Counted from the stretch's first letter, positions 51,885 through 62,015 are shown. The stretch: 64,000 bases of DNA from Lachnospiraceae bacterium (GCA_021199655.1 JAJQHQ010000019.1:12511-76510); one strand, 5' to 3'. Numbers and translations: made by a program. The notes: a model not told the origin generated them from the letters alone.

Positions 51885-54242
51885 ATGCGGAAGGAAAGAT
51901 ACCTGCGGAAGAAAAAGAACATGGGTACAGACCCTGTGTTTTTGATTTTTCTGATTTTTTCTGTTATCATACCCGGTCTGTATGCCGGAATCCTGTATAA
52001 TCAGACCATGCCGTTTGCGGAGGGATGGTATACTTATTATGCGCAGTGCATCAACGACGGACTGATGCCATACCGGGACTTTGAGTATCTGTTTTCCCCG
52101 GTATATATTTATTTTATAGCGCTGGTAACGAGGATTTTCGGCTATAAGATCATTGTGCTTCGCGTGCTTGGCGTGCTGTTTTTCTGTATCATTTCGGCAC
52201 TGCTCTATATTCTGATCTGCAATATTCTGGAGACAAGAAATAAATACTGTGTTGCTTTCATTGCGGCCGCAACAGCGGTTTTTTATCTGCAGTCGGAAGT
52301 GGTGCAGATCTTTTATGATTATATCCGGATGATGGATATTTTTGCCATTCTCTCGGTATTGTTCCTTGTAAAAACGGTAAAAACAGCCGAAAGAGCGGAA
52401 AGCTGTACCCGGGATCTTCTGCTGTGCGGTCTGTTTACCGGCCTGTTTATCAATGTGAAACAGAACATGGGGCTTGTTTTTCTGGCGTACGCCTTTATCC
52501 TGCTGATCTATGTCGGTCTCTATATGAAAAAAGGGATAAAAGAGACAGGAAAAGCTCTTCTGCTGTTTCTGGCGCCGATCGCTGTTCTGACGGGAATCAT
52601 CTATGCCTTTTTGTTCTCTCATGGGGCTTTATCTGCTTATCTGCAGTCTACGGGCGCGGGCGCGGTCAGCACCAAAGGCGGGATGGCAAAGATCCTGTTC
52701 GGCTGGATTGTGAATAACAGCGCCTCTTTCATAAGGGCGTTGCCTTTTGCTGTCATTGGTCTCTGTGTCATTTGCCTGCTGCTGTTTCGCAATGAAAAAA
52801 GAAAAGATCAGGCGATCGGCGGCCATTTGGACAGCCTGTACGGTATTGCCTTTTTTCTGGCTGCCGGTGCGCTGATCCTGCTGCTTGCGTTCCAGAAATC
52901 CTTTGCATATGCGGTCTCTTTTGAACACTATCCAAGCCCATATCTTTTGTTTCTTATTGTGTTTCCCCTGTTTGTTTTTTGGGGAGTATGCGGAATAGCT
53001 GACATGATCAGGGGAAGCGCATTGCTTAAGAAGTATATGCTGTATTTTGTTGTGGCCGGTTCTTATTTCGCGATCGCATTCGGATGCGGGACTTCAGGCG
53101 GTCTGGCGGAAGGACAGTCATCCTTAGGGGTCGCGCTTCTGGTTACTTTGCTCTTTACGCTTCTTGCCGGCGGAACGGATGCGCAGGGAAACAATAAGGC
53201 AGAAAAAATAGTAAAGGGGGCTGTGTCCATTGCCTGTCTTTTTCTTGTTCTGCAATGCGCGGATAAGAAAATGATCAATACGTATTACTGGTGGGGCATG
53301 GATGAATCTGATTTCTGGTCCAACACGGCTGTGTCGGATATTCCTCTTCTGGAAGGGATCGGGCTGTCTGCGGAAACAAAAGAGGTATATGAGGGAATCT
53401 ATGATGCCATCGTAAATCATACGGAAGAGGATGACGCCATTTTCTGTTTTCCTCAGATTCCCATATTCTATAGCTTATGCGACAGAACGGATCCGGGTAC
53501 GACGACCAAAGTGCAGTGGTTTGATGTTTCCACTGACGAATCCATAGAGGAAGATATCGAATATCTGAAAGAAAATCTGCCGAAGGCGATCATTCTGTAT
53601 AATACGACGGAAGAGACTTATGATTCCCATGAGAGTGCCTTTCGGAATGGAGAAGTCTCCGGGACCAGAGAAATGCGGGAGTTTTTATATAATCTGGTGT
53701 ACGAATATGACTATACCTTTTATGGCCGCTATGAAGCAAACAGCAATGTGATACAGGTGTGGATACTGGAAGAAGATGGATACGAAGCCGGAAGCACGAC
53801 GGAAGTGTTTGCCGGCGGCAGCGGCACGTATGAAGACCCGTATCTGATCGAGACGGCAGACCAGCTGATGCTGTTTGCCAGGATGGTAAATGAGGGAAGA
53901 AGCTTTGAAGGCAGTTATATCAGGCAGACCGCGGATATCGATCTGGAAGGTTATGACTGGGTGCCCATCGGCGAATATGGTTCCGGCGCATATTTTTACG
54001 GCACCTACGATGGCGCGGGTCATGTGATCCGAAATATGACCTTTGATGATTCGGGAAGCAATGGAGGCCTGTTCGGAGCGTTGGCAGGAGAAGTCTATAA
54101 TCTGGGCCTTGAGGGCGGCCTGATCAATGGTAACTGTGCAGGGGGGGATCACCAGCCACTCTTATGGAGAAAACGCAAAAATTGTCAACTGCTATACGGA
54201 TCTGGCTGTTTCCGGAAACAGGGCCGGAGGCATTGCGGATAA
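51885..54242 (+). CDS. GT-C-like (ArnT/PMT-like) polytopic glycosyltransferase with a C-terminal GLUG-like module; reading frame lost at a G7 tract
   Basis: N-terminal TM bundle with the MPYRDFEY loop. The GLUG-like module starts at about 53800 (EDPYLIE...QTADIDL...WVPIG...YDGAGH). The last 31 codons after 54147 are out of frame. Confidence 0.7.
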   Translation: MRKERYLRKKKNMGTDPVFLIFLIFSVIIPGLYAGILYNQTMPFAEGWYTYYAQCINDGLMPYRDFEYLFSPVYIYFIALVTRIFGYKIIVLRVLGVLFFCIISALLYILICNILETRNKYCVAFIAAATAVFYLQSEVVQIFYDYIRMMDIFAILSVLFLVKTVKTAERAESCTRDLLLCGLFTGLFINVKQNMGLVFLAYAFILLIYVGLYMKKGIKETGKALLLFLAPIAVLTGIIYAFLFSHGALSAYLQSTGAGAVSTKGGMAKILFGWIVNNSASFIRALPFAVIGLCVICLLLFRNEKRKDQAIGGHLDSLYGIAFFLAAGALILLLAFQKSFAYAVSFEHYPSPYLLFLIVFPLFVFWGVCGIADMIRGSALLKKYMLYFVVAGSYFAIAFGCGTSGGLAEGQSSLGVALLVTLLFTLLAGGTDAQGNNKAEKIVKGAVSIACLFLVLQCADKKMINTYYWWGMDESDFWSNTAVSDIPLLEGIGLSAETKEVYEGIYDAIVNHTEEDDAIFCFPQIPIFYSLCDRTDPGTTTKVQWFDVSTDESIEEDIEYLKENLPKAIILYNTTEETYDSHESAFRNGEVSGTREMREFLYNLVYEYDYTFYGRYEANSNVIQVWILEEDGYEAGSTTEVFAGGSGTYEDPYLIETADQLMLFARMVNEGRSFEGSYIRQTADIDLEGYDWVPIGEYGSGAYFYGTYDGAGHVIRNMTFDDSGSNGGLFGALAGEVYNLGLEGGLINGNCAGGDHQPLLWRKRKNCQLLYGSGCFRKQGRRHCG

Positions 54243-54597
54243 TTTTGCCGGTGTGATAGAAAACTGCTTTTGCGCCGGTGAGATAACCGGAACATACGCT
54301 GCAAATATCATATCGAGTAATACTGTGCTGGAGGTTTCAAACGTATTTGTAGAGGAAAGCGACCTGAACTGCGGCTTTTATTCGATGGATAAGTACGATG
54401 AAAGGATTACGTACTGCAGTGATGAGACATTAGACTCAGACGCACTGCTTAATATCATAAATGAATATGCAGACAATGTAAATAAAGGGAATGCCGGTGA
54501 TGAAACAGAAAATACAGAAGCAGAGGCGGAAGATCAGGATCCGATCACTCTGGTCTACTGGAAAAAAGGGGAAGACGGGCATCCGGTATTCCAATAG
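54127..54597 (+). CDS. C-terminal fragment (frame +1) of the GT-C/GLUG gene 51885-
   Basis: ITSHSYGENAKIVNCYTDLAVSGNRAGGIADNFAGVIENCF continues the GLUG-like module. Confidence 0.7.
   Translation: MVTVQGGITSHSYGENAKIVNCYTDLAVSGNRAGGIADNFAGVIENCFCAGEITGTYAANIISSNTVLEVSNVFVEESDLNCGFYSMDKYDERITYCSDETLDSDALLNIINEYADNVNKGNAGDETENTEAEAEDQDPITLVYWKKGEDGHPVFQ
54141..54147 (+). other. Poly-G (G7) tract at the frameshift point
   Basis: With G6 the sequence reads NCAGG-ITSHSYGENAKIVNCY. This matches paralogues at CGSIASHAV..IINCY and CGGITSHGG..IINCY. Confidence 0.85.
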
Positions 54598-54629
54598 AGT
54601 TTACAGGGCAGGATAAGGCATTCGGATCC

Positions 54630-54656
54630 GTAATTGTTCAGTACCTTCACAGCTAC
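54630..54656 (-). repeat. GTAAC-hairpin repeat, inverted copy
   Basis: GTAATTGTTCAGTACCTTCACAGCTAC, 25/27 identical to 3565-3591. Confidence 0.8.
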
Positions 54657-54696
54657 TCGAATTCTATTATACCGAACTGGGGGATGAAAAATTTTC

Positions 54697-56031
54697 ATGA
54701 AGACAGGTCAGGAAGCTTCAAAAAAACATGTTTTTTCAAAACAACCGGCTTTTTTCAGGCGGTATGAGTATTTATGGAAAAAGCCCTCGTTTGCTTTTAT
54801 GCTGCTGATGCTCATAAGCCTGTTTGCGCTGGCGGCAGTTTTCCTGTTTACGCGAGGAAACGCCATGGAGCATTTCTGGTTTTACTCGACGATTGACACG
54901 GGAATGGATTTCTTTCACAGCATCGAGTATGTAAGAGGCAGATGGCCGTATAAAATATTCGAGACCTTATACCCGCCGCTGGCCAACCTGTTTTTTCTGT
55001 TTATCTATGCATTCATACCGGAAAGCGTAACGGAAAACTGGACGTATGATTTCACAGAGTCTGTGAATATGCGGCAGACAGCTTATGATCTGCGGACGTA
55101 TCAAAGCTGCTTTATGATGTTTCTTTTCTTCGTGATCCTTGTCACTTTTATGCTGGCGATTCTGGTCAGCCGATATCTGCGGAAAAAGGGAATCCGCAGC
55201 GCGGGAGCCTGCGCGCTTGGCTTTGTTTTAAGCTATGGAGTTCTTCAGGCGCTGGAGCGGGGAAATATTGTGATCCTTGCCGCCGGATTTTCCCTGCTTT
55301 TTGTTTCGTTTTATCGTTCAGACAATAAAATCCTGAAAGAACTGGCACTGATCTCTCTGGCGGCCGCCGCGGGATTGAAAGTATATCCCTGCCTGCTGGG
55401 AGTGCTGATCCTGAAGGAAAAAGATTTTTCTGCCGCCATCCGCACGGTCCTGTATGGCATAGCCGCATTTATCCTTCCGTGTTTTGCGTTCCGGGAAGGG
55501 CTTGAGGCGATACCCATGTGGCTGACTATTTTAATAAATCATACGAACAGTCTGGAAGAACCATGGCTGGGGATCGGTATCTCAAATGCCTTTGCTGATG
55601 GCGCGCATCTGATCGACATGATCTTTGGAAGCAGTCTCGCTGACAGCTCATTTGGTATTGCAGGTATTGTCGTTGCGGTATTTTTCCTGATCTCATCCCT
55701 GTTTCTGAAAAAAACGTGGATGAGCGCATTGGCCATAACCTTTGCAATGCTGTTTCAGGATCAGGGAAGTTATTTTTTCTGCATGGCGCTGATACCGCTG
55801 ATGCTGTTTCTGGGAGAGGAAAAGGAATTCACACGCGAAAACAGCATTCCGTTTCTGGTCATGATGACCATGACATTGCCGCTTCCGCTGCTTTATACGT
55901 ATAATGTGAGCAATGCGAGAAGCAGTGTTTTTCATATAGCCATACTTATTTTCCTGATATGGAGCATTACAGATCTGGCTAAAAACGGGTTAAAGGAAGG
56001 ACAGGAAAGGCATTCATGGAATCGCGTGTAG
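54697..56031 (+). CDS. Polytopic membrane protein, putative GT-C-type glycosyltransferase (DUF2029/GT87-like)
   Basis: More than 10 TM helices with a GLKVYPCLL-type motif. Functional assignment is tentative. Confidence 0.45.
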   Translation: MKTGQEASKKHVFSKQPAFFRRYEYLWKKPSFAFMLLMLISLFALAAVFLFTRGNAMEHFWFYSTIDTGMDFFHSIEYVRGRWPYKIFETLYPPLANLFFLFIYAFIPESVTENWTYDFTESVNMRQTAYDLRTYQSCFMMFLFFVILVTFMLAILVSRYLRKKGIRSAGACALGFVLSYGVLQALERGNIVILAAGFSLLFVSFYRSDNKILKELALISLAAAAGLKVYPCLLGVLILKEKDFSAAIRTVLYGIAAFILPCFAFREGLEAIPMWLTILINHTNSLEEPWLGIGISNAFADGAHLIDMIFGSSLADSSFGIAGIVVAVFFLISSLFLKKTWMSALAITFAMLFQDQGSYFFCMALIPLMLFLGEEKEFTRENSIPFLVMMTMTLPLPLLYTYNVSNARSSVFHIAILIFLIWSITDLAKNGLKEGQERHSWNRV

Positions 56032-56264
56032 AAAGAAGAATTTGCAGTTTATTGTCAGCAATCCTGATGATCGGGGTTGAAATTCTTTATATGCTCTTAT
56101 GGCAGCATACCGATATCATAAAAAGCAGAATCGGTGATCTCGCGAGTTATGATCTGCTGTATTATTGCTCCGCTGTGGTGCTGTCTGCAGCAATATTTGT
56201 ACTGCTTTTTTTTTCTCCTGGATCGCTGTGTCTTTCGTATCCGGGGGATCCGTTTGCTGCTTGA
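56016..56264 (+). CDS. Probable true N-terminus of the next polytopic membrane protein; frame lost at a T9 tract
   Basis: The ATG overlaps the upstream stop (ATGGAATCGCGTGTAG). It encodes two plausible TM helices up to 56214. Confidence 0.45.
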   Translation: MESRVERRICSLLSAILMIGVEILYMLLWQHTDIIKSRIGDLASYDLLYYCSAVVLSAAIFVLLFFSPGSLCLSYPGDPFAA

Positions 56265-58011
56265 AAAAAACAGGGATCGCGCAGGAAGGGAGTATTTTCT
56301 GGAGATCATTCTTTCCTTTCTTTTACTGGCCGCTGTGGGTGCTGTTTTTTTGTACGAGCCTGCTATGTACGATGCGGGCAGCTACTATATGCCATGGCAT
56401 GGCAGCCGGATGATGGAATGCCTTGTTCTCGGATTTGGAGTCCTTCTTGGAATGCAGATCAGAAAACAGCTTCCTGATTTTTACGGCCGTATTTCCGGCG
56501 GCAGGAAAAAAAAGATCACACTTTATCCGATGTATCTGTTTCTGAGTCTGGCAGGGGGATATGCGCTTTATCAGCCGGACTGCTTTTCTAAATATTATAA
56601 TCTGTATCATTCGGATGCGTATTTTCATTCCATTTACCGCGTACTCCAATTGCAACCTTATACGGAGGCCAATACCGGTGTTTACGGATTCTATGGTCTG
56701 ATAGCGGCTCCGTTTGTGAAGCTTCTGGGAGGAGACTTTAAAGCGTGCGCGGTGTTTCTGGCGCTGCTGGCGTCCGTGTCCATCCTCTGCCTGTTTTACG
56801 TACTGGAAAATCTGGTCGAAACCATGTGGCTGCGGCTGGCCGGAGGGGTTCTGATCGTGAACCTTTACGTCGCCCTGACGTCCCATATTTATTACCAGCT
56901 GATTCCGCATCGGATTGTTTTTGTGGCATTCGTTCTGGCTTATTGCGTCTGGATGCATAAAAATGACAGGCTGCAGGCAAAATGGCAGATCGCGGGATTT
57001 GTTTTGCTGGTATTGTCCGTGATCTGGAATATGGAAACCGGAATCGCGTGTCTGACGGCGTATGTGGGAAGCTGTGTGGTAAGGAGTCTTCAGAACGGAT
57101 CCGTTTTTTCCAAAGAGACGATAAAGAAAATCCTTTTAGCTGTGCTGATGATACCGGCGGTGCCGGCTGCTGCTTTTTTCAGTGTCGGTCTTTATGATCT
57201 GTGTGTGTCCGGCAGCTTTATAACGGGGAAAGCGTTCCTTTATCCGTTTGTCGGGACATCCTATGTGGGGAAGCTGAACATTGCCCTTGAAACAAAGCCT
57301 GCGGCATGGATGCTGGTATGCCTCCTGTTTTTTGTCATGGTTTCGATCGTTCTGATCTCAACGTCTCTGTGCGGAAGGAGCGGAAAAACCAGTAAAAAAG
57401 AGCTTTATCTGACTGCGTGTGTGATTGCGGCGGCGGTTCAGATGGTGTATTATATCAATCGTGCGGTTTATGGGAATCTTTACATTGTATTACCGGTGTG
57501 TTCCATCCTCCTTGCTTATCTGGGGGATTCGCTGCTGCATAAAAATATCTGGAAAAATCACTTTATTGGGAATGGGGCTCTTAGGGCGGTCTGTACGACG
57601 AGCTGTGTTCTGCTCGGCCTTCTGGCACTGCAGACGATCATTGCGTATTTTCCTGCGGAAAAGGAGCGCTCGGAGAACAGAGATATGGAAGAACTTACAG
57701 CGTTTATTGAGAGCGTACGGGAGGGCGTACCGGAAGATACTCCGGCGATCGGCATCGGCATCTCGGAGCTGTACAGTTTTTTGGGCTGGGATTCCGGTTA
57801 TTATGGTTCTGATATTCCGGATCTTGTCTCTGCGACCGAAGAAGGGCAGGCTTACGCAAAAGAATTTGTCCTGAACTCGGAGAGCATTTTGATTAACGAG
57901 TCGAATCTTGGTGATATTGTCGGGGATGATGAGGAGTTTTATCTGGACTACGAACTGGTCGCACAGTATTCTTACGGCGAGAGCGTGTACTCGCTGTATA
58001 GTCGGAAATAA
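56134..58011 (+). CDS. Polytopic membrane protein (GT-C-like); body of a putative frameshifted gene
   Basis: More than 12 TM helices and a soluble C-terminal tail. The first ~25 codons of this ORF are the out-of-frame shadow of 56016-56264. Confidence 0.6.
   Translation: MISRVMICCIIAPLWCCLQQYLYCFFFLLDRCVFRIRGIRLLLEKNRDRAGREYFLEIILSFLLLAAVGAVFLYEPAMYDAGSYYMPWHGSRMMECLVLGFGVLLGMQIRKQLPDFYGRISGGRKKKITLYPMYLFLSLAGGYALYQPDCFSKYYNLYHSDAYFHSIYRVLQLQPYTEANTGVYGFYGLIAAPFVKLLGGDFKACAVFLALLASVSILCLFYVLENLVETMWLRLAGGVLIVNLYVALTSHIYYQLIPHRIVFVAFVLAYCVWMHKNDRLQAKWQIAGFVLLVLSVIWNMETGIACLTAYVGSCVVRSLQNGSVFSKETIKKILLAVLMIPAVPAAAFFSVGLYDLCVSGSFITGKAFLYPFVGTSYVGKLNIALETKPAAWMLVCLLFFVMVSIVLISTSLCGRSGKTSKKELYLTACVIAAAVQMVYYINRAVYGNLYIVLPVCSILLAYLGDSLLHKNIWKNHFIGNGALRAVCTTSCVLLGLLALQTIIAYFPAEKERSENRDMEELTAFIESVREGVPEDTPAIGIGISELYSFLGWDSGYYGSDIPDLVSATEEGQAYAKEFVLNSESILINESNLGDIVGDDEEFYLDYELVAQYSYGESVYSLYSRK
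56206..56214 (+). other. Poly-T (T9) tract at a putative frameshift point
   Basis: With T8 the 56016 frame continues as ...VLLFFLLDRCVFRIRGIRLLLEKNRDRAGREYFLEIILSF... into ORF 56134-58011. Confidence 0.7.
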
Positions 58012-58014
58012 ATA

Positions 58015-60420
58015 ATGAAAGGGCTTTTGATGAAGAAAATTTTATTAAAGTATATTTTGCTGCTTCTGTGTCTGTGTACCGCTTTTGTGTTTGCGAACCC
58101 GGTATACGCCAAAGGCAGTGATTACACATATGAAGGAAGCGGAACGAAGGAAGATCCGTATCTGATCTCCTCGAAAGAAGAACTGCTGCAGTTTCAATCG
58201 GATGTAAATGAAGGCACATCTTTCTCCGGAATCTGTTTTCTGCAGACGGCGGATATCGATCTGGATGGGATTGAATGGACTCCGATCGGTATTTATGGAG
58301 AAAAAAACTACTTCAGAGACGTGTACAATGGCGGCGGTCATGTGATAAAGAATCTTGTTACGGTTACGGAAGGCAATAATGGCTTCTTCGGTCTGCTTCA
58401 GGGTACCGTGATGAATTTAGGGATAGAAAGCGGCTGCATATCCGGTTCCTGCTGCGGAGGAATCACCAGTCATGGGGGCAATGGCTGCCTGATTATCAAC
58501 TGCTATAACAGAGCGGCGGTCGACGCGACGGACCGGGCCGGCGGAATCGGAGATAATCTGACGGATGGGACGGTAATTAACTGCTGGTCGGATGCCAGTC
58601 TGAGCGCAGATGTGACCGGCGGAATTGTATCCTATAATGCCAGCCTGGTATCCTGCTGTTTCAGCTCCTCCGACTGTGTTCCTTCAGAAACATTTTCCGG
58701 GGAAGTTTCAGAGAGTACGGCAACAGGCGATGCTCTGAAAAACGTTGTCCGGAAACTGAATCGGAATTTAGTTACCTTGATCTTTTCCGGGGATTATCAG
58801 GAACTCCCGGCACTGATTCAATGGAATTACAGCCCGGATGGTGAAACGATCGGATATGGCCGTGAAATATCCGGTGTGTTTTATGGGTTAGCGTACCTTT
58901 ATCGCGCAGCGGGCAGGGCACTTCCTTTCATCGCCCTGGCCGGTCTTTTGCTTCTGACCGTTATGTTTCTGATACGCAGACGAAAAGAGATCAGCATAAG
59001 ACGCTGGGGCAGGTATTCCGGAAAGGCGGCAGCATTTATACTGATCGGGCTGCTGTTGTTTGGTCTGATCAATAAGGTGTTCACATTTAAAGGGTCTTAT
59101 GGTGTTACAGAACTGTGGTCGTTTTACCAGCAGGAAGAGGAAAGCATCGATGTCCTGCTGCTTGGCTCCAGCCATGCGGGGATGAATCTGGACGCTGCCT
59201 GGCTGTGGGATTCCTATGGCATTTCCGCTTATGCATTATGGGGAAGCGCCCAGCCGTTCTGGAACAGCTATTATTTCCTCAAAGAAGCGCTGAAATCCCA
59301 GCAGCCGGAGGTCGTCGTGCTGGATGTGGAGGCCGCAAGCTATACGTTTGAGTATTCAGATAATGCGACGCAGGCGGTCAATATAACAGGTCTGCGATTC
59401 TCTATGGACAGGCTGCGGGCGGTCACAGTATCGGCGCCGCAGGAACGCTGGGTGGAACTCTTCTTTGGACTTCCTGTTTTTCACAGCAGATATACGGAAC
59501 TGACGGAGAATGATTTCAGCTATTTTGTATGGTCAGACGGCCTTAAGGAAAACAAAGGATCCGGATACCGCTATGGGACGACAGATTCGGTCGGGCTGTC
59601 TGATGTGTCCGGGATTACGGATGTGCTGGAGCTTTATGAAAAAGAAGAGCTGTGGCTTCGAAAAATCATTGAATTATGCCTGCAGGAGGAAATTCCCATT
59701 GTGCTGTGCAAGACGCCCGTAGCGGACCGGGAATACTATCAACCGTACTGGAACGCGGTGCAGGAAATTGCGGATGAATATGGGATAGACTTTTACAATT
59801 TTGCGCTTTATGATGAAGAGACAGGATTTGATTCTTCCGATTTTTATCTGGACGATTCCCATTTGAATACTTCGGGAGCCCGGAAGATATCAGAGTATCT
59901 GGGACAATTACTGACAGATACGTACGAACTGGCGGATCACAGAGGCGACAGTGCTTATGAGAGCTGGGAGGTTTTTTCTGAGAACATATCCAATGGTTAT
60001 CTTCAGGAAATTACGCAGACAGCGGATTACGCTAAGGAACTGGAAAGGAAAGACCGGAAACTTATCTTCGTGGTGAATGGCAGCTGGGAGCAGACGGACA
60101 ATTATCTGGAAGTCATGAGTTATTTATCAAAGTTTGGATTGTCAGAAGAGATTTCTGATGACGGTGCCGGTATCTATGTTTGCGAAAGCTCCGCCACGGA
60201 GGATACGGAAAAGATTCTGGATGGCCTGGAGGATGCTTATCTTCTGGCGGAAGAGGATTCCATCGAGATACAGGATGGGGGGCTCCTCCTCAACGGGACG
60301 AAGGTTTGTGAGATCAGCGGCAATGGCCTGTGGTGTATCACGGTGGATAAAGAGACCGGAGACTGCATTGATGTGGCTGCGTTTTTACAGGCGGGTGATT
60401 TCGTGCTGCAGCGTCAGTGA
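58015..60420 (+). CDS. Secreted GLUG-like module + 2 TM + extracytoplasmic SGNH/DltD-AlgJ-like O-acyltransferase domain
   Basis: Signal peptide (ATG 58015 or 58030), a GLUG-like module at about 58130-58600, then LLLGSSHAG (block I) and YLDDSHLNTSGA (Asp/His block). Confidence 0.65.
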   Translation: MKGLLMKKILLKYILLLLCLCTAFVFANPVYAKGSDYTYEGSGTKEDPYLISSKEELLQFQSDVNEGTSFSGICFLQTADIDLDGIEWTPIGIYGEKNYFRDVYNGGGHVIKNLVTVTEGNNGFFGLLQGTVMNLGIESGCISGSCCGGITSHGGNGCLIINCYNRAAVDATDRAGGIGDNLTDGTVINCWSDASLSADVTGGIVSYNASLVSCCFSSSDCVPSETFSGEVSESTATGDALKNVVRKLNRNLVTLIFSGDYQELPALIQWNYSPDGETIGYGREISGVFYGLAYLYRAAGRALPFIALAGLLLLTVMFLIRRRKEISIRRWGRYSGKAAAFILIGLLLFGLINKVFTFKGSYGVTELWSFYQQEEESIDVLLLGSSHAGMNLDAAWLWDSYGISAYALWGSAQPFWNSYYFLKEALKSQQPEVVVLDVEAASYTFEYSDNATQAVNITGLRFSMDRLRAVTVSAPQERWVELFFGLPVFHSRYTELTENDFSYFVWSDGLKENKGSGYRYGTTDSVGLSDVSGITDVLELYEKEELWLRKIIELCLQEEIPIVLCKTPVADREYYQPYWNAVQEIADEYGIDFYNFALYDEETGFDSSDFYLDDSHLNTSGARKISEYLGQLLTDTYELADHRGDSAYESWEVFSENISNGYLQEITQTADYAKELERKDRKLIFVVNGSWEQTDNYLEVMSYLSKFGLSEEISDDGAGIYVCESSATEDTEKILDGLEDAYLLAEEDSIEIQDGGLLLNGTKVCEISGNGLWCITVDKETGDCIDVAAFLQAGDFVLQRQ

Positions 60421-60443
60421 CAGCCGGACGGAGGCTAAGGATT

Positions 60444-62015
60444 ATGTCTTATATTTCATTTGGGTTTTATGTGTTTTTTCTCTTTTTTGTATTATACAGT
60501 CTGCTGGTCCCAGCCAGGCACAGGTGGAAAGTGTTTCTGACATTCAGCATTGTTTTCTATGCATACGCGGGGATCGGAAAGCTTTTGATGGTGATCTTAT
60601 CTTCCCTTTTTGTATATCTTTTTGCACGGCTGATGGGCAGGCAATATGAAAAATACGAACAGGAGATCAGAGAAAAAGAACTTCCTTCACGTGAACGGAT
60701 GGCCCTGCTGTCAGAATATAAAAAGAAAACAAAACGTCTGGTGGTCATTGCCCTCGCAGGTATGATCGGAGTGCTGGTGTTATGCAAAACATATTCTAAA
60801 ATACTGGGTTTATGGGAAGCCGTGACCGGCGATGAACTGCTGCTGACCATAATCGTTCCTCTCGGAATTTCCTATTATACGTTTTCGTCAGTGGGTTATC
60901 TTCTGGATGTCTACTGGAGGAAAACAAAACCGGAAAAAAACTACGGAAAACTTCTTCTTTGCATGATTTATTTTCCGCAGATCGTGGAAGGCCCAATCTC
61001 ACGGTATGATAAACTGCTGCCTCAGTTCGAAAATCCAAAGAAGATTTCGTGGCAGCGTCTTTGCAACGGCCTGCAGTTCATGATCTGGGGATATTTCAAA
61101 AAGATGGTGATCGCGGACAGACTGTCTGTGGTCGTGACGACTGTGCTGGGAGATCCGGGATCTTATGAGGGCTTTGTGATCTTAATTGCGATGATATTCA
61201 GCGCGTTTCACATCTATGCGGATTTCTCAGGCTGCATGGATATCGTGACAGGTGCCTCCTATATCGTGGGTGTGGATCTGGATCCTAACTTTAACCACCC
61301 GTTTTTCAGCCGCAGCGTGGCGGAATTCTGGAGAAGATGGCATATTACGCTTGGAACATGGTTTAAAGATTATGTGTATATGCCGATTGCGACGTCGCCG
61401 ACCATGATGAAGATCAGCAAAAAATTAAAAAAAGGATTTGGTATAAAGGCCGCCAAAAATTTTTCGTTTGTGATTCCGACAGCTGTCGTCTGGCTTTTGA
61501 CGGGACTGTGGCATAATGCCAGTTTTAACTACTTGTTATGGGGGATTTATTATGGTACACTGATCACAGGCTCTCAGCTTCTGACGCCATGGTTTGCAAA
61601 GATGGCAAAGCTTTTCCATATAAAAACGGAAGGAGCCTCCTGGCATGTATTTCAAATGGTCCGCACATTCTGTGTGTTTATGGTGGGAAGACTGATCACC
61701 GTGCCTGGAACCTTACAGGGGACCTGGATTGCCATCCGACAGCTCTTTTCGGCATGTAACGTATGGGTATTCTTTGATGAAACGTTTTATTCTCTGGGCC
61801 TTGGACGGACGGAATTCCATATTGCGCTGGCCGGAGCACTGCTGCTGCTCCTTGTCGATGCTCTGCAGGAAAAATGCTGTCTCAGAGAGAAGATTGCCGA
61901 CCGGAATATCGTACTGCGCTGGACGATATACTTTGCCGCGTTTTTTCTGGTTTTGATTCTGGGTATGTATGGGAGCGAATATTCAACCGGTTCTTTTATC
62001 TATGCGGGCTTTTGA
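60444..62015 (+). CDS. MBOAT-family membrane O-acyltransferase (DltB/AlgI-like)
   Basis: FWRRWHITLGTWFKDYVYMPI (catalytic His) and a polytopic profile. Start taken at ATG 60444, after GGAGG/AAGGA. Confidence 0.85.
   Translation: MSYISFGFYVFFLFFVLYSLLVPARHRWKVFLTFSIVFYAYAGIGKLLMVILSSLFVYLFARLMGRQYEKYEQEIREKELPSRERMALLSEYKKKTKRLVVIALAGMIGVLVLCKTYSKILGLWEAVTGDELLLTIIVPLGISYYTFSSVGYLLDVYWRKTKPEKNYGKLLLCMIYFPQIVEGPISRYDKLLPQFENPKKISWQRLCNGLQFMIWGYFKKMVIADRLSVVVTTVLGDPGSYEGFVILIAMIFSAFHIYADFSGCMDIVTGASYIVGVDLDPNFNHPFFSRSVAEFWRRWHITLGTWFKDYVYMPIATSPTMMKISKKLKKGFGIKAAKNFSFVIPTAVVWLLTGLWHNASFNYLLWGIYYGTLITGSQLLTPWFAKMAKLFHIKTEGASWHVFQMVRTFCVFMVGRLITVPGTLQGTWIAIRQLFSACNVWVFFDETFYSLGLGRTEFHIALAGALLLLLVDALQEKCCLREKIADRNIVLRWTIYFAAFFLVLILGMYGSEYSTGSFIYAGF

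Noticed and set aside
56134-56205. ATG 56134 as the true start of the 625-aa membrane protein
   Set aside because: The first ~25 codons (MISRVMICCIIAPLWCCLQQYLYCFFF) are the out-of-frame image of a plausible TM segment encoded in the 56016 frame. A frameshift at T9 or a downstream internal start is more likely.
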